Shown: one piece after another, positions 14,700 to 24,378 of the stretch
Position numbering within the stretch: position 1 is the stretch's first letter
Layout: every line of letters begins with the position of its first letter
Assembly: GCA_965250005.1 (NCBI GenBank)
Contig: OZ252279.1
Span: 1,680,001-1,712,000 of the forward strand
Reading direction: 5' to 3'
DNA from: Demequinaceae bacterium
Lineage (GTDB): Bacteria; Actinomycetota; Actinomycetes; Actinomycetales; Demequinaceae
Length of the DNA: 32,000 nt
Position numbers and translations under genes: made by a program
The notes under the pieces: model-generated
What the model was told of the DNA's origin: nothing
Seen by the model: only the letters and a program-made list of their open reading frames with translations
The model's database searches: none

Positions 14700-16229
14700 A
14701 TGAAAAGGAAGACTCTCGGCGACGGGTTTGCGGTTGTGGCCAGCAGGGGGCTCTCGGCGCGTCAGCGCGTTGCGGCCATCGCGGCGACTCTACTGTTGTT
14801 AACGAGTTACGGCGCCTACGCTCCCGGCGCGCCCGCCGACGCGGCAGATTACCCAGGCGCCAGCGAGGTAGCGCGGGCCAAGGCGGCGGCTGCCGATGCC
14901 GCATCGTCTGTAGCTCAGCTTGACGCGGCGATAGTTCAGCTGAACGAGGCTCTATACCTTGCTGATGTCGCCAGGCGTACGGCCGAGGAAGAATACTCCG
15001 AGGCGCAGTGGGCGAACGTTGAAGCTCAGCGGCAACTGTTTGCCGCTAACAACCGTGCCGACGAGGCGGACAAGGGACTTGATGCTGCTCGTGGTCGGCT
15101 CGCGGTGCTGGCCATGGCGGCTTACCGAGATGGAAACGCGCTTGGATCACTCGAGGCGCTCGTGTCGGCGGAGGGATTTGAAGATGTCGTGGCGCGGGTA
15201 GAAGCGCAAGACCGGGCCTCGACCGATGCGCAAGTGGTCGTCGAGCAGGTGCGTGCGGCAGACCTGGTCGCTCAAATCATGCGCGAGTATGCGCAGGGTG
15301 CTGCCGATGCAGCGTCGAGCGCTGAAGCCGTAGCACGGGATGCCTACCAGGCTGCGCAGGCGATCTACGCTGCCTCGAAGGTCGCGGTCGCCGAAGCCGA
15401 GGCCACCCGCGTTGACCTCATTAGCAAACTCGCCTCTCTGCGAAAGACGTCGGTGGAACTTGAGCAGCAGCGTCAGGCGGGACTTGAGGACGAGCGTATC
15501 GCTCGCGAGCTCGCGGCTGCGCAAGCGCGGATTCAGGCCGCCGACGAGGCGGCTCTGCGCGAGCAAGAAGATGCACGCAAGGCTGCCGAAGCCGCTGCTG
15601 AGGCGGCTCTGCGCGAGCAGGAAGAGGAACGTAAGGCCGCTGAAGCCGCAGCCGAGGCCGCGCAGAACCCGCCACCAGAACCGGAGCCCGACCCAACGTC
15701 TGGCACAGAGCCCGCCACTGAGCCAGAGCCCGCCCCTGAACCGGAACCGGATCCTGATCCGGAGCAGGCCCCCGCTCCAGCACCCTCGCCGACGAGCACG
15801 TCGCTCGCCAGTCGCGGCAATCCGACATCGGATTCGGTTCCCATCCGCGCAACCTGGGCGCAGGCAAACTTGGCGGCCGACTTCGCGTACGCGCAGAACG
15901 GTAAGAAGTACCAGAGCGGGGCGACAGGCCCGGACGCATACGACTGCTCGGGGCTCACGTCGACGGCGTGGGCGTACGCCGGAGTCTCAATTCCGCGTAC
16001 GTCGCGAACGCAGTACCCTGCTGTCGCGCACGTTTCCTACGCGTCACGCGCTCGCGGCGACCTGATGTTCTGGGGCACCAACGCCAACCCGAACTACATG
16101 TACCACGTCGCTATGTACCTAGGCGGCAACCAAATCATCGAGGGCGGTAGCCCATCTTCCGGTATCCACACGCGCGACTGGCGCAATTGGCACCTCGGCG
16201 ACTTGATGCCCTACATGGGGCGCGTCTAG
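14700..16229 (+). CDS. RipA-like cell-wall endopeptidase with NlpC/P60 domain and an inserted repeat/Pro-Glu-rich linker (paralog 2)
   Basis: By eye it is roughly 70% identical to paralog 1 across the coiled-coil and NlpC/P60 regions (YDCSGLTSTAW, MYHVAMYLG, GIHTR). It has an extra block of about 100 aa: EAALREQE.. x2, then PEPEPDP...APAPAPSP. Confidence 0.85.
   Translation: MKRKTLGDGFAVVASRGLSARQRVAAIAATLLLLTSYGAYAPGAPADAADYPGASEVARAKAAAADAASSVAQLDAAIVQLNEALYLADVARRTAEEEYSEAQWANVEAQRQLFAANNRADEADKGLDAARGRLAVLAMAAYRDGNALGSLEALVSAEGFEDVVARVEAQDRASTDAQVVVEQVRAADLVAQIMREYAQGAADAASSAEAVARDAYQAAQAIYAASKVAVAEAEATRVDLISKLASLRKTSVELEQQRQAGLEDERIARELAAAQARIQAADEAALREQEDARKAAEAAAEAALREQEEERKAAEAAAEAAQNPPPEPEPDPTSGTEPATEPEPAPEPEPDPDPEQAPAPAPSPTSTSLASRGNPTSDSVPIRATWAQANLAADFAYAQNGKKYQSGATGPDAYDCSGLTSTAWAYAGVSIPRTSRTQYPAVAHVSYASRARGDLMFWGTNANPNYMYHVAMYLGGNQIIEGGSPSSGIHTRDWRNWHLGDLMPYMGRV
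15546..15653 (+). repeat. 54-nt tandem repeat x2 (18-aa units EAALREQEDARKAAEAAA / EAALREQEEERKAAEAAA) inside paralog 2
   Basis: Units 15546-15599 and 15600-15653 match at about 46 of 54 positions by hand alignment. A third partial unit starts at 15654 (GAGGCCG). Confidence 0.85.
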
Positions 16230-16244
16230 ATAGGAACCCAAGCT

Positions 16245-16290
16245 GCCCCGCTCGTCGACCCTCAGCGTCGGGCGGGGCTTTTCCTGTTTA
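16245..16290 (+). terminator. Rho-independent terminator after paralog 2, in the convergent gap with ppa
   Basis: GCCCCGC...GCGGGGC forms a 7-bp stem, extended by CGAC/GTCG around loop CCTCAGC. It is followed by CTTTTCCTGTTT. Confidence 0.65.
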
Positions 16291-16313
16291 CCGCCCCAGC
16301 CCGCCCTGCGGCG

Positions 16314-16820
16314 CTAGTGACCAGCGCCCGCCTCGAACGGTGTGCCCTTGGCTCGCGCAAATGACGCAGTGATCTCGGCCTCGGCCTCGTCGCGGCCAAC
16401 CCAGTGGGCACCTTCGACAGATTTGCCAGGTTCAAGTTCTTTGTAGACCTCGAAGAAGTGCTGAACCTCAAGCCGGTGGAATTCGCTGATGTCAGTCAGC
16501 TCGCGGCGCCACGCAGCGCGCTGGTCCCCGACGGGCACACTGATGACCTTGTCGTCCCCGCCAGCCTCGTCGCGCATGCGGAACATCCCAAGCGCGCGGC
16601 ACCGAATCAGGCAGCCGGGAAACGTGGGTTCTTCGAGCAGGACGAGCACGTCCAGCGGGTCGCCGTCTTGCCCAAGGGTGCCGTCGACAAACCCGTAGTC
16701 GTCGGGGTACCGGGTGGACGTAAACAACATACGGTCAAGCATGATGCGGCCACTTTCGTGGTCAACTTCGTACTTGTTTCGGCTTCCCTTGGGGATTTCA
16801 ATAGTTACGTCGAATTCCAT
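16314..16820 (-). CDS. ppa: Inorganic pyrophosphatase (family I)
   Basis: MEFDVTIEIPKGSRNKYEVDHESGRI...DGDPLDVLVL closely resembles mycobacterial PPase as recalled, which starts MQFDVTIEIP. GAGGAC lies 6 nt upstream of the ATG at 16820. The track start at 16832 adds 4 aa. Confidence 0.92.
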   Translation of the reverse strand: MEFDVTIEIPKGSRNKYEVDHESGRIMLDRMLFTSTRYPDDYGFVDGTLGQDGDPLDVLVLLEEPTFPGCLIRCRALGMFRMRDEAGGDDKVISVPVGDQRAAWRRELTDISEFHRLEVQHFFEVYKELEPGKSVEGAHWVGRDEAEAEITASFARAKGTPFEAGAGH

Positions 16821-16855
16821 GCCCGTCCTCATGTTGGCGATTCCTAGTCACTAGT

Positions 16856-18301
16856 GTGGCGTATGAGAAAGGGGCGCGAGTGCGAATCACGGTGTGGGCT
16901 GCAATTTCGGGTGGCGCGTTGCTGGTGAGCGCGGGCGGCTATGCCGTCGCCGACGCCGCCGACGTCGTCCCTGGATGGGTCACGTCGCAGCCCGCGCACG
17001 TGCCACCCGCCCCGCGCCCTGTGGCGGCTTCTGTAAGCGCCATCGCTCTTCCCGCACTGCCCAAACTGGCCGTTGATTCCACCGCGCCCATCCCCAGCGG
17101 CGCCAAGGTCCAAGCGCTCGCGGAAGCTTTGCTCGCGGATTCCCGTACGGGCTGGTCCACGGGTATTTCTGTGGTTGATATTGCGACGGGTGAGGTCCTG
17201 GCCGACGTGCGCGCTGACGACGCTCAGGTCCCTGCTTCGAACGTCAAGCTACTGACCGCAGCGGGCGTATACCTGGGGGTTGGCCCGGACCTCCAACTGC
17301 GCACATCTGTCATGTGGGCGGGCAGCCCGGCCGATTCGGGGGCGACGAGGCTCACGCTGCTCTCGCGTGGCGACATGCTGCTCGCGGCAGCATCTGGACA
17401 CAACGGCACATCGCCGGGAGCCAACGGTTACGCAGGGCTGGGCGATTTGGCCGACCTGACGGTGGTGGCACTTGCCGACGCAGGCGTCACCACTGTGACG
17501 CTCAGCCTCGACGATTCTGCGTTCGCGGGTCCTGCCCAGCCCATTCACTGGCCGTCCTCCGCGATTTCAAATGGGTACGCTGCGCCGGTGACGGGGCTGG
17601 CCGTGAATGTGGGGAGGACGAGCAACGAACCCTACCCGCCTCGGTGGGACGACCCGAGCCTTCACGCGCTAGGGGTGTTCGTCGAGCGCCTCGCGGAGCA
17701 GGGCATTACCGTGACGTCGACATCGCGCGCTGCCGCGCCCGCGGGATCCGTCGAGCTCGCTGCGGTAGACGGTGCGCCCATGATCGAGGTGCTCGCGCAC
17801 ATGCTTCGATACTCGGACAACACGATTGCCGAGTTAGTCGTCATGGTGCTCGCAATCCACGAAGGCAAAGCCGGGACTATTGCGAACGGTACGGCCGAGG
17901 TCTTGCGGCAGGCGCGCGGCGCAGGCCTCGCACTTGGCGGCGTGATACTCGACGACGGCTCGGGATTCTCTCGCTACTCGCGGATTCCGCCCGCGGCACT
18001 TACTGAAGCGATCGCCTTTTTCGCTCGCGACGCCCAGTTGGACGACTTGCTCGAGGTGTTGGCGATTTCCGGGATGCAAGGCACCATCCACGATCGACTT
18101 GATGGCGCAACGGCAGGACAAGTCAGAGCCAAGACCGGCAGTCTTGGCGGCGTGACATCTTTGTCGGGAACGGTAGTAACGGCCGACGGTCGGTGGCTCG
18201 CGTTTTCGGTCCTCGCGGACAACATGCCTTACGGGCAAGACAAACCTCGCGCAGCGATCGATACATTCGTGGGTGCGCTCGCGGCCTGCGGGTGCGGATA
18301 A
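16856..18301 (+). CDS. dacB: D-alanyl-D-alanine carboxypeptidase/endopeptidase (PBP4, S13 family)
   Basis: The three motifs are SxxK (PASNVKL), SxN (YSDNT) and KTG (AKTGSLGG), and the N-terminus has a signal/TM segment. The start is uncertain: GTG at 16856, or GTG at 16880 (which has AAAGGGG 5 nt upstream). Confidence 0.85.
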   Translation: MAYEKGARVRITVWAAISGGALLVSAGGYAVADAADVVPGWVTSQPAHVPPAPRPVAASVSAIALPALPKLAVDSTAPIPSGAKVQALAEALLADSRTGWSTGISVVDIATGEVLADVRADDAQVPASNVKLLTAAGVYLGVGPDLQLRTSVMWAGSPADSGATRLTLLSRGDMLLAAASGHNGTSPGANGYAGLGDLADLTVVALADAGVTTVTLSLDDSAFAGPAQPIHWPSSAISNGYAAPVTGLAVNVGRTSNEPYPPRWDDPSLHALGVFVERLAEQGITVTSTSRAAAPAGSVELAAVDGAPMIEVLAHMLRYSDNTIAELVVMVLAIHEGKAGTIANGTAEVLRQARGAGLALGGVILDDGSGFSRYSRIPPAALTEAIAFFARDAQLDDLLEVLAISGMQGTIHDRLDGATAGQVRAKTGSLGGVTSLSGTVVTADGRWLAFSVLADNMPYGQDKPRAAIDTFVGALAACGCG

Positions 18302-18325
18302 TGGGAGCATGACCCGGAGTGGTGT

Positions 18326-19336
18326 ATGACCGGGCCCCATCCAGCGGTGGCGGCCATCAGGTCTGCCGTTGCGAGCGCGCTTGAGGGGCTCGAGCCCGGG
18401 ACGCAACTCTGGGTCGCTTGTTCCGGGGGGCCCGACTCGCTCGCGCTTACCGCTGGCGTCGGCTACATCGCGCGCAAGGCAGGTTTCATCGCTGGCGCCA
18501 TCGTGGTGGACCACGGACTGCAAAAGGGTAGCGGCCGCGTGGCGCTGCACGCCACAGACCAATGTCGGCTCGCCGGCGTTCCAACCGTCCACGTTGAGCG
18601 CGTTACCGTCGGCCACGACGGCGGGCTCGAGGCAGCCGCGCGCACGGCACGTTACGGAGCCATTGAGAAACGGCTTGTTGCCGAGGGCGGTCTCAATCCC
18701 CAAATCCTGACCGGCCACACTATGGACGACCAAGCGGAGACAGTTTTGTTAGCGCTCGCGCGCGGGTCCGGCGCGCGAGCGCTGGCGGGGATTCAGCCAC
18801 GCCGTGGAAACGTGATCAGGCCGCTGCTGGGCGTGCGTCGCCGCGAGACTGTCGCAGCCTGCACGGCGCTTGGATTGATGCCCTGGCACGACCCGACGAA
18901 CGACCCCGATGGCGGTCCCAAGCGGTCAGCATTGCGTGGCAAAGTGATGCCGGAGCTTTCAAGCGTCTTAGGTGCGGGCGTTGTTCCTGGTCTGGCCCGC
19001 TCGGCGGCGTTGCTCCAGGCAGATGCCGATGAACTTGACCGCCAGGCCCGCACGCGCCTCGGCGCAGCTACGCAGAACGCCGCCGCAGCGGACGAGTGGC
19101 CATGCGAAATGCTTGCGCAACTCCCTGATGCCATTCGCAGTCGCATGCTCAAAATGCTCGCGGAGAAGCGGGGCGCAGGGCCCATGACCGAAGCGCACGT
19201 GCGCGCAATGGACCAACTTGTGATGAACTACCGTGGGCAGGGCCCGGTGGCGCTTCCCGGCGGCTACGAGGCGCGGCGCGAGTATGGCAGGCTGATTGTC
19301 ACCACCCCGCCCGAGACCGGAAGAGACGCCACGTGA
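18326..19336 (+). CDS. tilS: tRNA(Ile)-lysidine synthase
   Basis: The PP-loop is VACSGGPDSLAL, and the GHTMDDQAETVLL motif is present. The gene sits before hpt-ftsH. Confidence 0.88.
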   Translation: MTGPHPAVAAIRSAVASALEGLEPGTQLWVACSGGPDSLALTAGVGYIARKAGFIAGAIVVDHGLQKGSGRVALHATDQCRLAGVPTVHVERVTVGHDGGLEAAARTARYGAIEKRLVAEGGLNPQILTGHTMDDQAETVLLALARGSGARALAGIQPRRGNVIRPLLGVRRRETVAACTALGLMPWHDPTNDPDGGPKRSALRGKVMPELSSVLGAGVVPGLARSAALLQADADELDRQARTRLGAATQNAAAADEWPCEMLAQLPDAIRSRMLKMLAEKRGAGPMTEAHVRAMDQLVMNYRGQGPVALPGGYEARREYGRLIVTTPPETGRDAT

Positions 19337-19893
19337 GCGAAGCATCCCTGAGTAGTGATTTCACCGAGGTCGTCGCCACAGAAGCGCAGCTCACTGAGGC
19401 GCTCGATCGCATCGCTGAGCAGGTGCGCGCGGACTACGAGGGCAAGGAACTCCTGCTCGTTGGAGTGCTGAAGGGCGCGGTGATGGTGATGGCCGACCTG
19501 TCGCGGCGTCTTGACCCGGCCGTCGAAATGGACTGGATGGCGGTGTCCTCTTACGGCTCGGGCACCAAGTCCTCCGGCGTAGTGCGCATCCTCAAGGACC
19601 TCGACGCAGACTTGACCGGCAGGCACGTGTTAATTGTCGAAGACATCATCGATACCGGCATCACGCTGTCATGGCTTCTCGCGAACCTGCGGTCGCGCGG
19701 CGCGGCGAGCGTGGAGGTCGCGGCGATGCTCCGCAAACCCGACGCCAGCAAGGTTTCTGTGGACGTGAAGTACGTCGGCATCGACATCCCGAACAAGTTT
19801 GTTGTGGGCTACGGCCTGGATTACGCCGAGCGATACCGCACTCTGCCGTACGTGGCTGTGCTGGCGCCGCATGTTTACAGCAGGGACGAGTAG
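19333..19893 (+). CDS. hpt: Hypoxanthine phosphoribosyltransferase
   Basis: The PRPP-binding motif is VLIVEDIIDTGITL, followed by KFVVGYGLDY. The GTG start overlaps the tilS stop (GTGA at 19333-19336). Confidence 0.9.
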   Translation: MSEASLSSDFTEVVATEAQLTEALDRIAEQVRADYEGKELLLVGVLKGAVMVMADLSRRLDPAVEMDWMAVSSYGSGTKSSGVVRILKDLDADLTGRHVLIVEDIIDTGITLSWLLANLRSRGAASVEVAAMLRKPDASKVSVDVKYVGIDIPNKFVVGYGLDYAERYRTLPYVAVLAPHVYSRDE

Positions 19894-19953
19894 TTCACAC
19901 CTAACGGGCATCGCGCTGTGGCGAATGCGTCACGGCGCCTGCGCGTCACCCCG

Positions 19954-19959
19954 TAGAAT
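19954..19959 (+). promoter_or_regulatory. Candidate -10 box TAGAAT upstream of ftsH (very short leader)
   Basis: This near-consensus hexamer ends 10 nt before the ATG at 19970, and no Shine-Dalgarno is visible in between. Confidence 0.3.
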
Positions 19960-19969
19960 CTGACTCACT

Positions 19970-21853
19970 ATGAATCGTCGCCTCTTCTATCGCCGGATCC
20001 TGCCCGGAATTGTGATGCTGGGCGTCTTCGCGTGGATTGCCTCCGCTCTCGCCGGACCCGCCGTGACCCGCATTGATACGTCCGAAGGCTTGGAAATCCT
20101 GGCCGCTGGCAATGTTGAGCAAGTCAAGATTGTTGACGGCGACCAGCGCGTCGAGATCACGCTCGTCGAAGAGCATGAGGACTACGGCAAGCAGGTGGAG
20201 TTCTTCTACATTGCGCCGCAGGGGACCGCTGTCGTCGAGGCTATAACTGTTGCCCAGCCTGAACTTGGCTGGAATGCTGAAGTCCCGCAGGGCAGCATCT
20301 GGACCACTATTCTCTTCGCTTTTCTTCCCATCGTTCTGCTCGTGGGGCTCTTCTGGTTCCTGATGACGAGCATGCAGGGTGGTGGCGGGCGCATGGCGCA
20401 GTTCGGTCGCTCCAAAGCCACGCTCGTCACGCCGGACACCCCTACCGTCAAATTCGATGACGTTGCAGGTGTCGACGAAGCGGTAGAGGAGCTCCGCGAG
20501 ATCGAGGAGTTCCTCGAGAAGCCAGCCAAGTTCCAAGCCGTCGGCGCGAAGATTCCCAAGGGCGTGCTCCTCTACGGCCCACCCGGAACCGGCAAGACCC
20601 TCCTTGCGCGCGCCGTTGCGGGCGAAGCGGGAGTTCCGTTTTTCACCATAGCTGGCTCTGACTTTGTCGAGATGTTCGTCGGCGTGGGCGCGAGTCGCGT
20701 CCGCGACCTGTTCGAGCAGGCCAAGAAAAACTCACCCGCGATCATCTTCGTTGACGAGATTGATGCTGTCGGACGGCACCGCGGCGCAGGCATGGGCGGC
20801 GGGCACGACGAGCGCGAGCAGACTCTCAACCAGATGCTCGTCGAGATGGACGGCTTTGACATCAAGACCAACGTCATCCTGATCGCCGCCACCAACCGTC
20901 CGGACATTCTCGACCCCGCGCTGCTGCGGCCGGGGCGATTTGACCGTCAAGTGGCAGTCGACGCCCCTGATCTGAGGGGCAGGAAGATGGTCCTCGAGGT
21001 CCACGCGAAAGGCAAGCCCATTGCGCCGGATGTTGACCTCGAAGTCATCGCGCGCCGCACCCCCGGCTTCACTGGCGCGGACCTCGCCAACGTCCTGAAC
21101 GAAGCAGCGTTACTCACCGCGCGCCGCGACAAGAGAACTGTCGACGCGTCGGCGATCGATGAGGCGATCGACCGCGTGATCGCAGGGCCGCAGAAGCGCA
21201 GCCGCGTCATGAACGAGCACGACAAGAAGGTGACCGCGTATCACGAGAGTGGGCACGCTCTTGTCGCCGCCGCGATGAACCATACGGATCCCGTGACCAA
21301 GGTGACGATTCTTCCGCGTGGGCGTGCCCTTGGGTACACCATGGTGATGCCCACGGAGGATCGCTACTCCAAGAGCCGCAATGAACTACTGGACTCGCTC
21401 GCGTACGCGATGGGTGGTCGCATGGCCGAGGAACTAGTGTTTGGCGACCCGACCACGGGTGCCTCGAACGACATTACGCAGGCCACCGAGACTGCCCGCA
21501 CGATGGTTACGGAATACGGCATGAGCGCCAAATTGGGCGCAGTGCGCCTGGCGAGCGCGTCCGGAGAAGTCTTTATGGGTCGCGATATGGGCCACGGCCG
21601 CGACTTCTCCGAAGACGTGGCAGGCACCATCGACCGCGAGGTTCGTGAGCTGATGGACGTGGCCATGCGGGAAGCCGCGCAGGCGCTCTCGAGGAATCGC
21701 GCGCTGCTCGACCAGCTCGCCGAGGAACTTCTCGAAGAAGAAACGCTACTCGCTCCCCGCCTTGCCGAAATGTTCTCCAAGATCAAGAAAATGCCGGCGC
21801 GCAAGGTGTGGGACTCGGGCGTCCGCAAGGCAGCGCGCGCCAAGAAAGCCTAG
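19970..21853 (+). CDS. ftsH: ATP-dependent zinc metalloprotease FtsH
   Basis: It has two N-terminal TM segments, Walker A GPPGTGKT, Walker B IIFVDEID, an SRH region, and the Zn site HESGHAL. Confidence 0.95.
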   Translation: MNRRLFYRRILPGIVMLGVFAWIASALAGPAVTRIDTSEGLEILAAGNVEQVKIVDGDQRVEITLVEEHEDYGKQVEFFYIAPQGTAVVEAITVAQPELGWNAEVPQGSIWTTILFAFLPIVLLVGLFWFLMTSMQGGGGRMAQFGRSKATLVTPDTPTVKFDDVAGVDEAVEELREIEEFLEKPAKFQAVGAKIPKGVLLYGPPGTGKTLLARAVAGEAGVPFFTIAGSDFVEMFVGVGASRVRDLFEQAKKNSPAIIFVDEIDAVGRHRGAGMGGGHDEREQTLNQMLVEMDGFDIKTNVILIAATNRPDILDPALLRPGRFDRQVAVDAPDLRGRKMVLEVHAKGKPIAPDVDLEVIARRTPGFTGADLANVLNEAALLTARRDKRTVDASAIDEAIDRVIAGPQKRSRVMNEHDKKVTAYHESGHALVAAAMNHTDPVTKVTILPRGRALGYTMVMPTEDRYSKSRNELLDSLAYAMGGRMAEELVFGDPTTGASNDITQATETARTMVTEYGMSAKLGAVRLASASGEVFMGRDMGHGRDFSEDVAGTIDREVRELMDVAMREAAQALSRNRALLDQLAEELLEEETLLAPRLAEMFSKIKKMPARKVWDSGVRKAARAKKA

Positions 21854-21863
21854 GCTTGTCCGC

Positions 21864-22433
21864 ATGGCTGAAGTAGACAAGAAGCGCATCGAAGCCGCGG
21901 TCGCGGAAATCCTCGCCGCCGTCGGCGAAGACCCGGATCGCGATGGACTCAAGGGCACCCCTGCGCGGGTGGCGCGCGCGTACCAAGAAATGTTCGCCGG
22001 GCTGTCACAGGAGCCAGCCGAGGTGCTCTCCGCAGTATTCGAGCTGGGTCACGACGAGATGATCTTGGTCAGGGACATCGAGGTGTACTCGGTGTGCGAA
22101 CATCACCTGCTGCCCTTTCACGGGGTGGCGCACGTGGCGTACATTCCCGGTGCCGACGGACGCATTACAGGCCTGAGCAAACTGGCGCGCCTGGTGGATG
22201 TGTACGCCAAACGACCGCAGGTCCAAGAGCGCCTCACAACCCAGGTCGCAGACGCACTAGTTGAGCATCTTGGTGCGAGCGGCGTCATCGTGGTGATCGA
22301 GGCTGAACACCTGTGCATGTCTATGCGCGGTGTTCGCAAACCAGGTTCACGGACCGTGACGTCGGCCGTGCGCGGAGTGATGCGCGACGCCGCGACCCGC
22401 GCCGAGGCCATGAGCCTCATCTCGGGCAACTGA
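21864..22433 (+). CDS. folE: GTP cyclohydrolase I
   Basis: Motifs are [25 protein letters not shown] and [12 protein letters not shown]. The ATG at 21864 lies 10 nt after the ftsH stop. The track start at 21762 overlaps the ftsH 3' end, so I rejected it. Confidence 0.92.
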   Translation: MAEVDKKRIEAAVAEILAAVGEDPDRDGLKGTPARVARAYQEMFAGLSQEPAEVLSAVFELGHDEMILVRDIEVYSVCEHHLLPFHGVAHVAYIPGADGRITGLSKLARLVDVYAKRPQVQERLTTQVADALVEHLGASGVIVVIEAEHLCMSMRGVRKPGSRTVTSAVRGVMRDAATRAEAMSLISGN

Positions 22434-22459
22434 CCCCCTATTTCGCAGTGGAGGTGCGC

Positions 22460-23275
22460 ATGAGCGAGGCTCCGACGTTGGTCATGGGCATCCTCAACGT
22501 CACCCCTGATTCGTTCTCTGACGGCGGCAAGTGGGACTCGATTGACGCGGCAATCGCGCACGGGATTGCACTAAGTTCAGAAGGTGCCGACCTCGTCGAT
22601 GTTGGCGGCGAGTCCACGCGGCCTGGCGCTCGCAGGGTGGCGCCCGAAGACGAGGCCGCGCGCGTCATTCCCGTGATCGCAGCGCTGGCTACCGAGGGAA
22701 TCCGCGTGAGCGTAGACACCATGCGCGCCACCACCGCCGAGGCGGCGATTGGCGCGGGCGCGGGCATCATCAACGATGTTTCGGGCGGCCTTGCTGACCA
22801 AGAGATGGGCGCAGTGGTCGCTGGTGCCAACGTCGATTTTGTTGCCATGCATTGGCGCTCGCACTCGGAGACGATGGACGCGCACGACGTCTACCAGGAT
22901 GTGGTCGCAGAAGTGCGCAGCGAGCTTGCGGGCCGCGTCAGCGCGCTCATGGCCGCGGGAGTTGACGCCGAGCGCATCATCCTCGACCCCGGCCTCGGTT
23001 TTGCGAAGATCGGCGCAAGCAACTGGCCCTTGCTCGCGCACCTCGACACGCTCAAGGAGCTGGGCCATCGCATTCTGGTGGGGGCGTCGCGAAAGCGTTT
23101 CGTCGGGGCGGTCCTGCGCGACGATCAAGGGCCTGAAGCGCGCGACGACGCGACGACAGCGATCACCGCACTGGCTGCAAACGCGGGAGTTTGGGGCGTT
23201 CGCGCCCACAATGCGCGCGCGGCAAAAGACGCGGTTACCGTGGTTTCTGCTTGGCACCAGGGCCTAGAGGCGTGA
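22460..23275 (+). CDS. folP: Dihydropteroate synthase
   Basis: Motifs are MGILNVTPDSFSDGG, DVGGESTRPG, INDVSGG and DPGLGFAK. GGAGG lies 5 nt upstream of the ATG at 22460. Confidence 0.92.
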   Translation: MSEAPTLVMGILNVTPDSFSDGGKWDSIDAAIAHGIALSSEGADLVDVGGESTRPGARRVAPEDEAARVIPVIAALATEGIRVSVDTMRATTAEAAIGAGAGIINDVSGGLADQEMGAVVAGANVDFVAMHWRSHSETMDAHDVYQDVVAEVRSELAGRVSALMAAGVDAERIILDPGLGFAKIGASNWPLLAHLDTLKELGHRILVGASRKRFVGAVLRDDQGPEARDDATTAITALAANAGVWGVRAHNARAAKDAVTVVSAWHQGLEA

Positions 23276-23285
23276 GGATGAAGAC

Positions 23286-24377
23286 ATGACAGTGTCCGTT
23301 ACTCCGTACTTCCGCCATAACGTGCAACTCGACGCCATTGTGGTTGAGGGCATTCGCGCCATGGGAAACCATGGCGTCGAAGAATCGGAGAGGGACGCTG
23401 GGCAGCTCTTCCTCGCCGACGTTGTGGTGCACCTTGATACCCGTAGCGCCGCCCGCAGTGATGACCTGAACAAGACGGTCAACTACGCGACGGTGGCAGA
23501 CGTCGCGGGTGCGATCCTCGCGGGCGACCCGGCGGAGCTCATTGAGGCCGTGGCAGACCGCATTGCGCTCGAGGTGCTGAAGCTAGATAGTGTTCACGCG
23601 GTCGACGTCACGGTGCATAAGCCGCAGGCGCCGCTAGCAATCGAGTTTAAGGACGTCACGGTGACTATCCGGCGCGACATCGTCCACGGCGACCTGTGGT
23701 CGGACCTCCGCATCGGTTCTTCTGCGGGGCTCGCGGATGATCCGATGTCGCCGGACGCCGTTGGCGATCCGCGCGATGCCCTCGACGAGCACCCTGTCCA
23801 GCCGGTGTCGGTACTGCTCGCGATCGGCGGGAACCAGGGCGACACCGAGTACACGCTTGCGCGTGCGATCTACGACCTCGACCGCATCCCCGGGATAGAG
23901 GTAGTCGCCAACTCGCCACTGGTCACTACGAGGCCCGTTGGCGGACCCGAGCAGCCCGACTTCCACAACGCGGTCCTGCGCATCAACACCGCACTCTCGC
24001 CGCGTGGCCTGCTGCACGTCTGCCAGGGAATCGAGGTGGTTCACGGGCGCCAGCGTCAGTTAGAGAACGGGCCTCGCACCCTCGACATCGACATCATCGA
24101 CTACGCGAATAAGGTTGCGAAGACCGAAGACCTAGTCCTGCCTCACCCACGGGCTTTTCAGCGCGCATTCGTCCTCATGCCCTGGGCGGCAATGGAGCCA
24201 GCTGCGGAACTCGTTCCCGGGAAGGGTCGCGGCGCTTCGCGCGGCGGCAAGGTCGCTGACCTCGCTGGGGCTGCCGAGGACGCAGGCGGCATCACGGTCG
24301 CGGCGAATCCGTGGGATCCGACGGCAGCGCTGCGGCGTGGCGCGCGGTCCGCCGGAGCCGAACCCGCGGGACAGTAG
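23286..24377 (+). CDS. folB-folK: Bifunctional dihydroneopterin aldolase / 6-hydroxymethyl-dihydropterin pyrophosphokinase (single-ORF fusion)
   Basis: The N-terminal half is FolB-like (VEGIRAMGNHGVEESER...VTVHKPQAP). The C-terminal half is FolK-like (LAIGGNQGD, PDFHNAV, GPRTLDIDII, LVLPHPRAFQRAFVL). One uninterrupted 363-codon frame covers both. GAGGA lies 7 nt upstream of the ATG. Confidence 0.88.
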   Translation: MTVSVTPYFRHNVQLDAIVVEGIRAMGNHGVEESERDAGQLFLADVVVHLDTRSAARSDDLNKTVNYATVADVAGAILAGDPAELIEAVADRIALEVLKLDSVHAVDVTVHKPQAPLAIEFKDVTVTIRRDIVHGDLWSDLRIGSSAGLADDPMSPDAVGDPRDALDEHPVQPVSVLLAIGGNQGDTEYTLARAIYDLDRIPGIEVVANSPLVTTRPVGGPEQPDFHNAVLRINTALSPRGLLHVCQGIEVVHGRQRQLENGPRTLDIDIIDYANKVAKTEDLVLPHPRAFQRAFVLMPWAAMEPAAELVPGKGRGASRGGKVADLAGAAEDAGGITVAANPWDPTAALRRGARSAGAEPAGQ

Positions 24378-24378
24378 C

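Noticed and set aside
23278-23289. Mini-ORFs ATG AAG ACA TGA (MKT*, 23278-23289) before folB-folK and ATG GGC AAG TGA (MGK*, 31790-31801) before nadC.
   Set aside because: At three codons each, with no supporting structure or conservation visible, they are most simply chance ATGs in short intergenic gaps. They could be checked by ribosome profiling.
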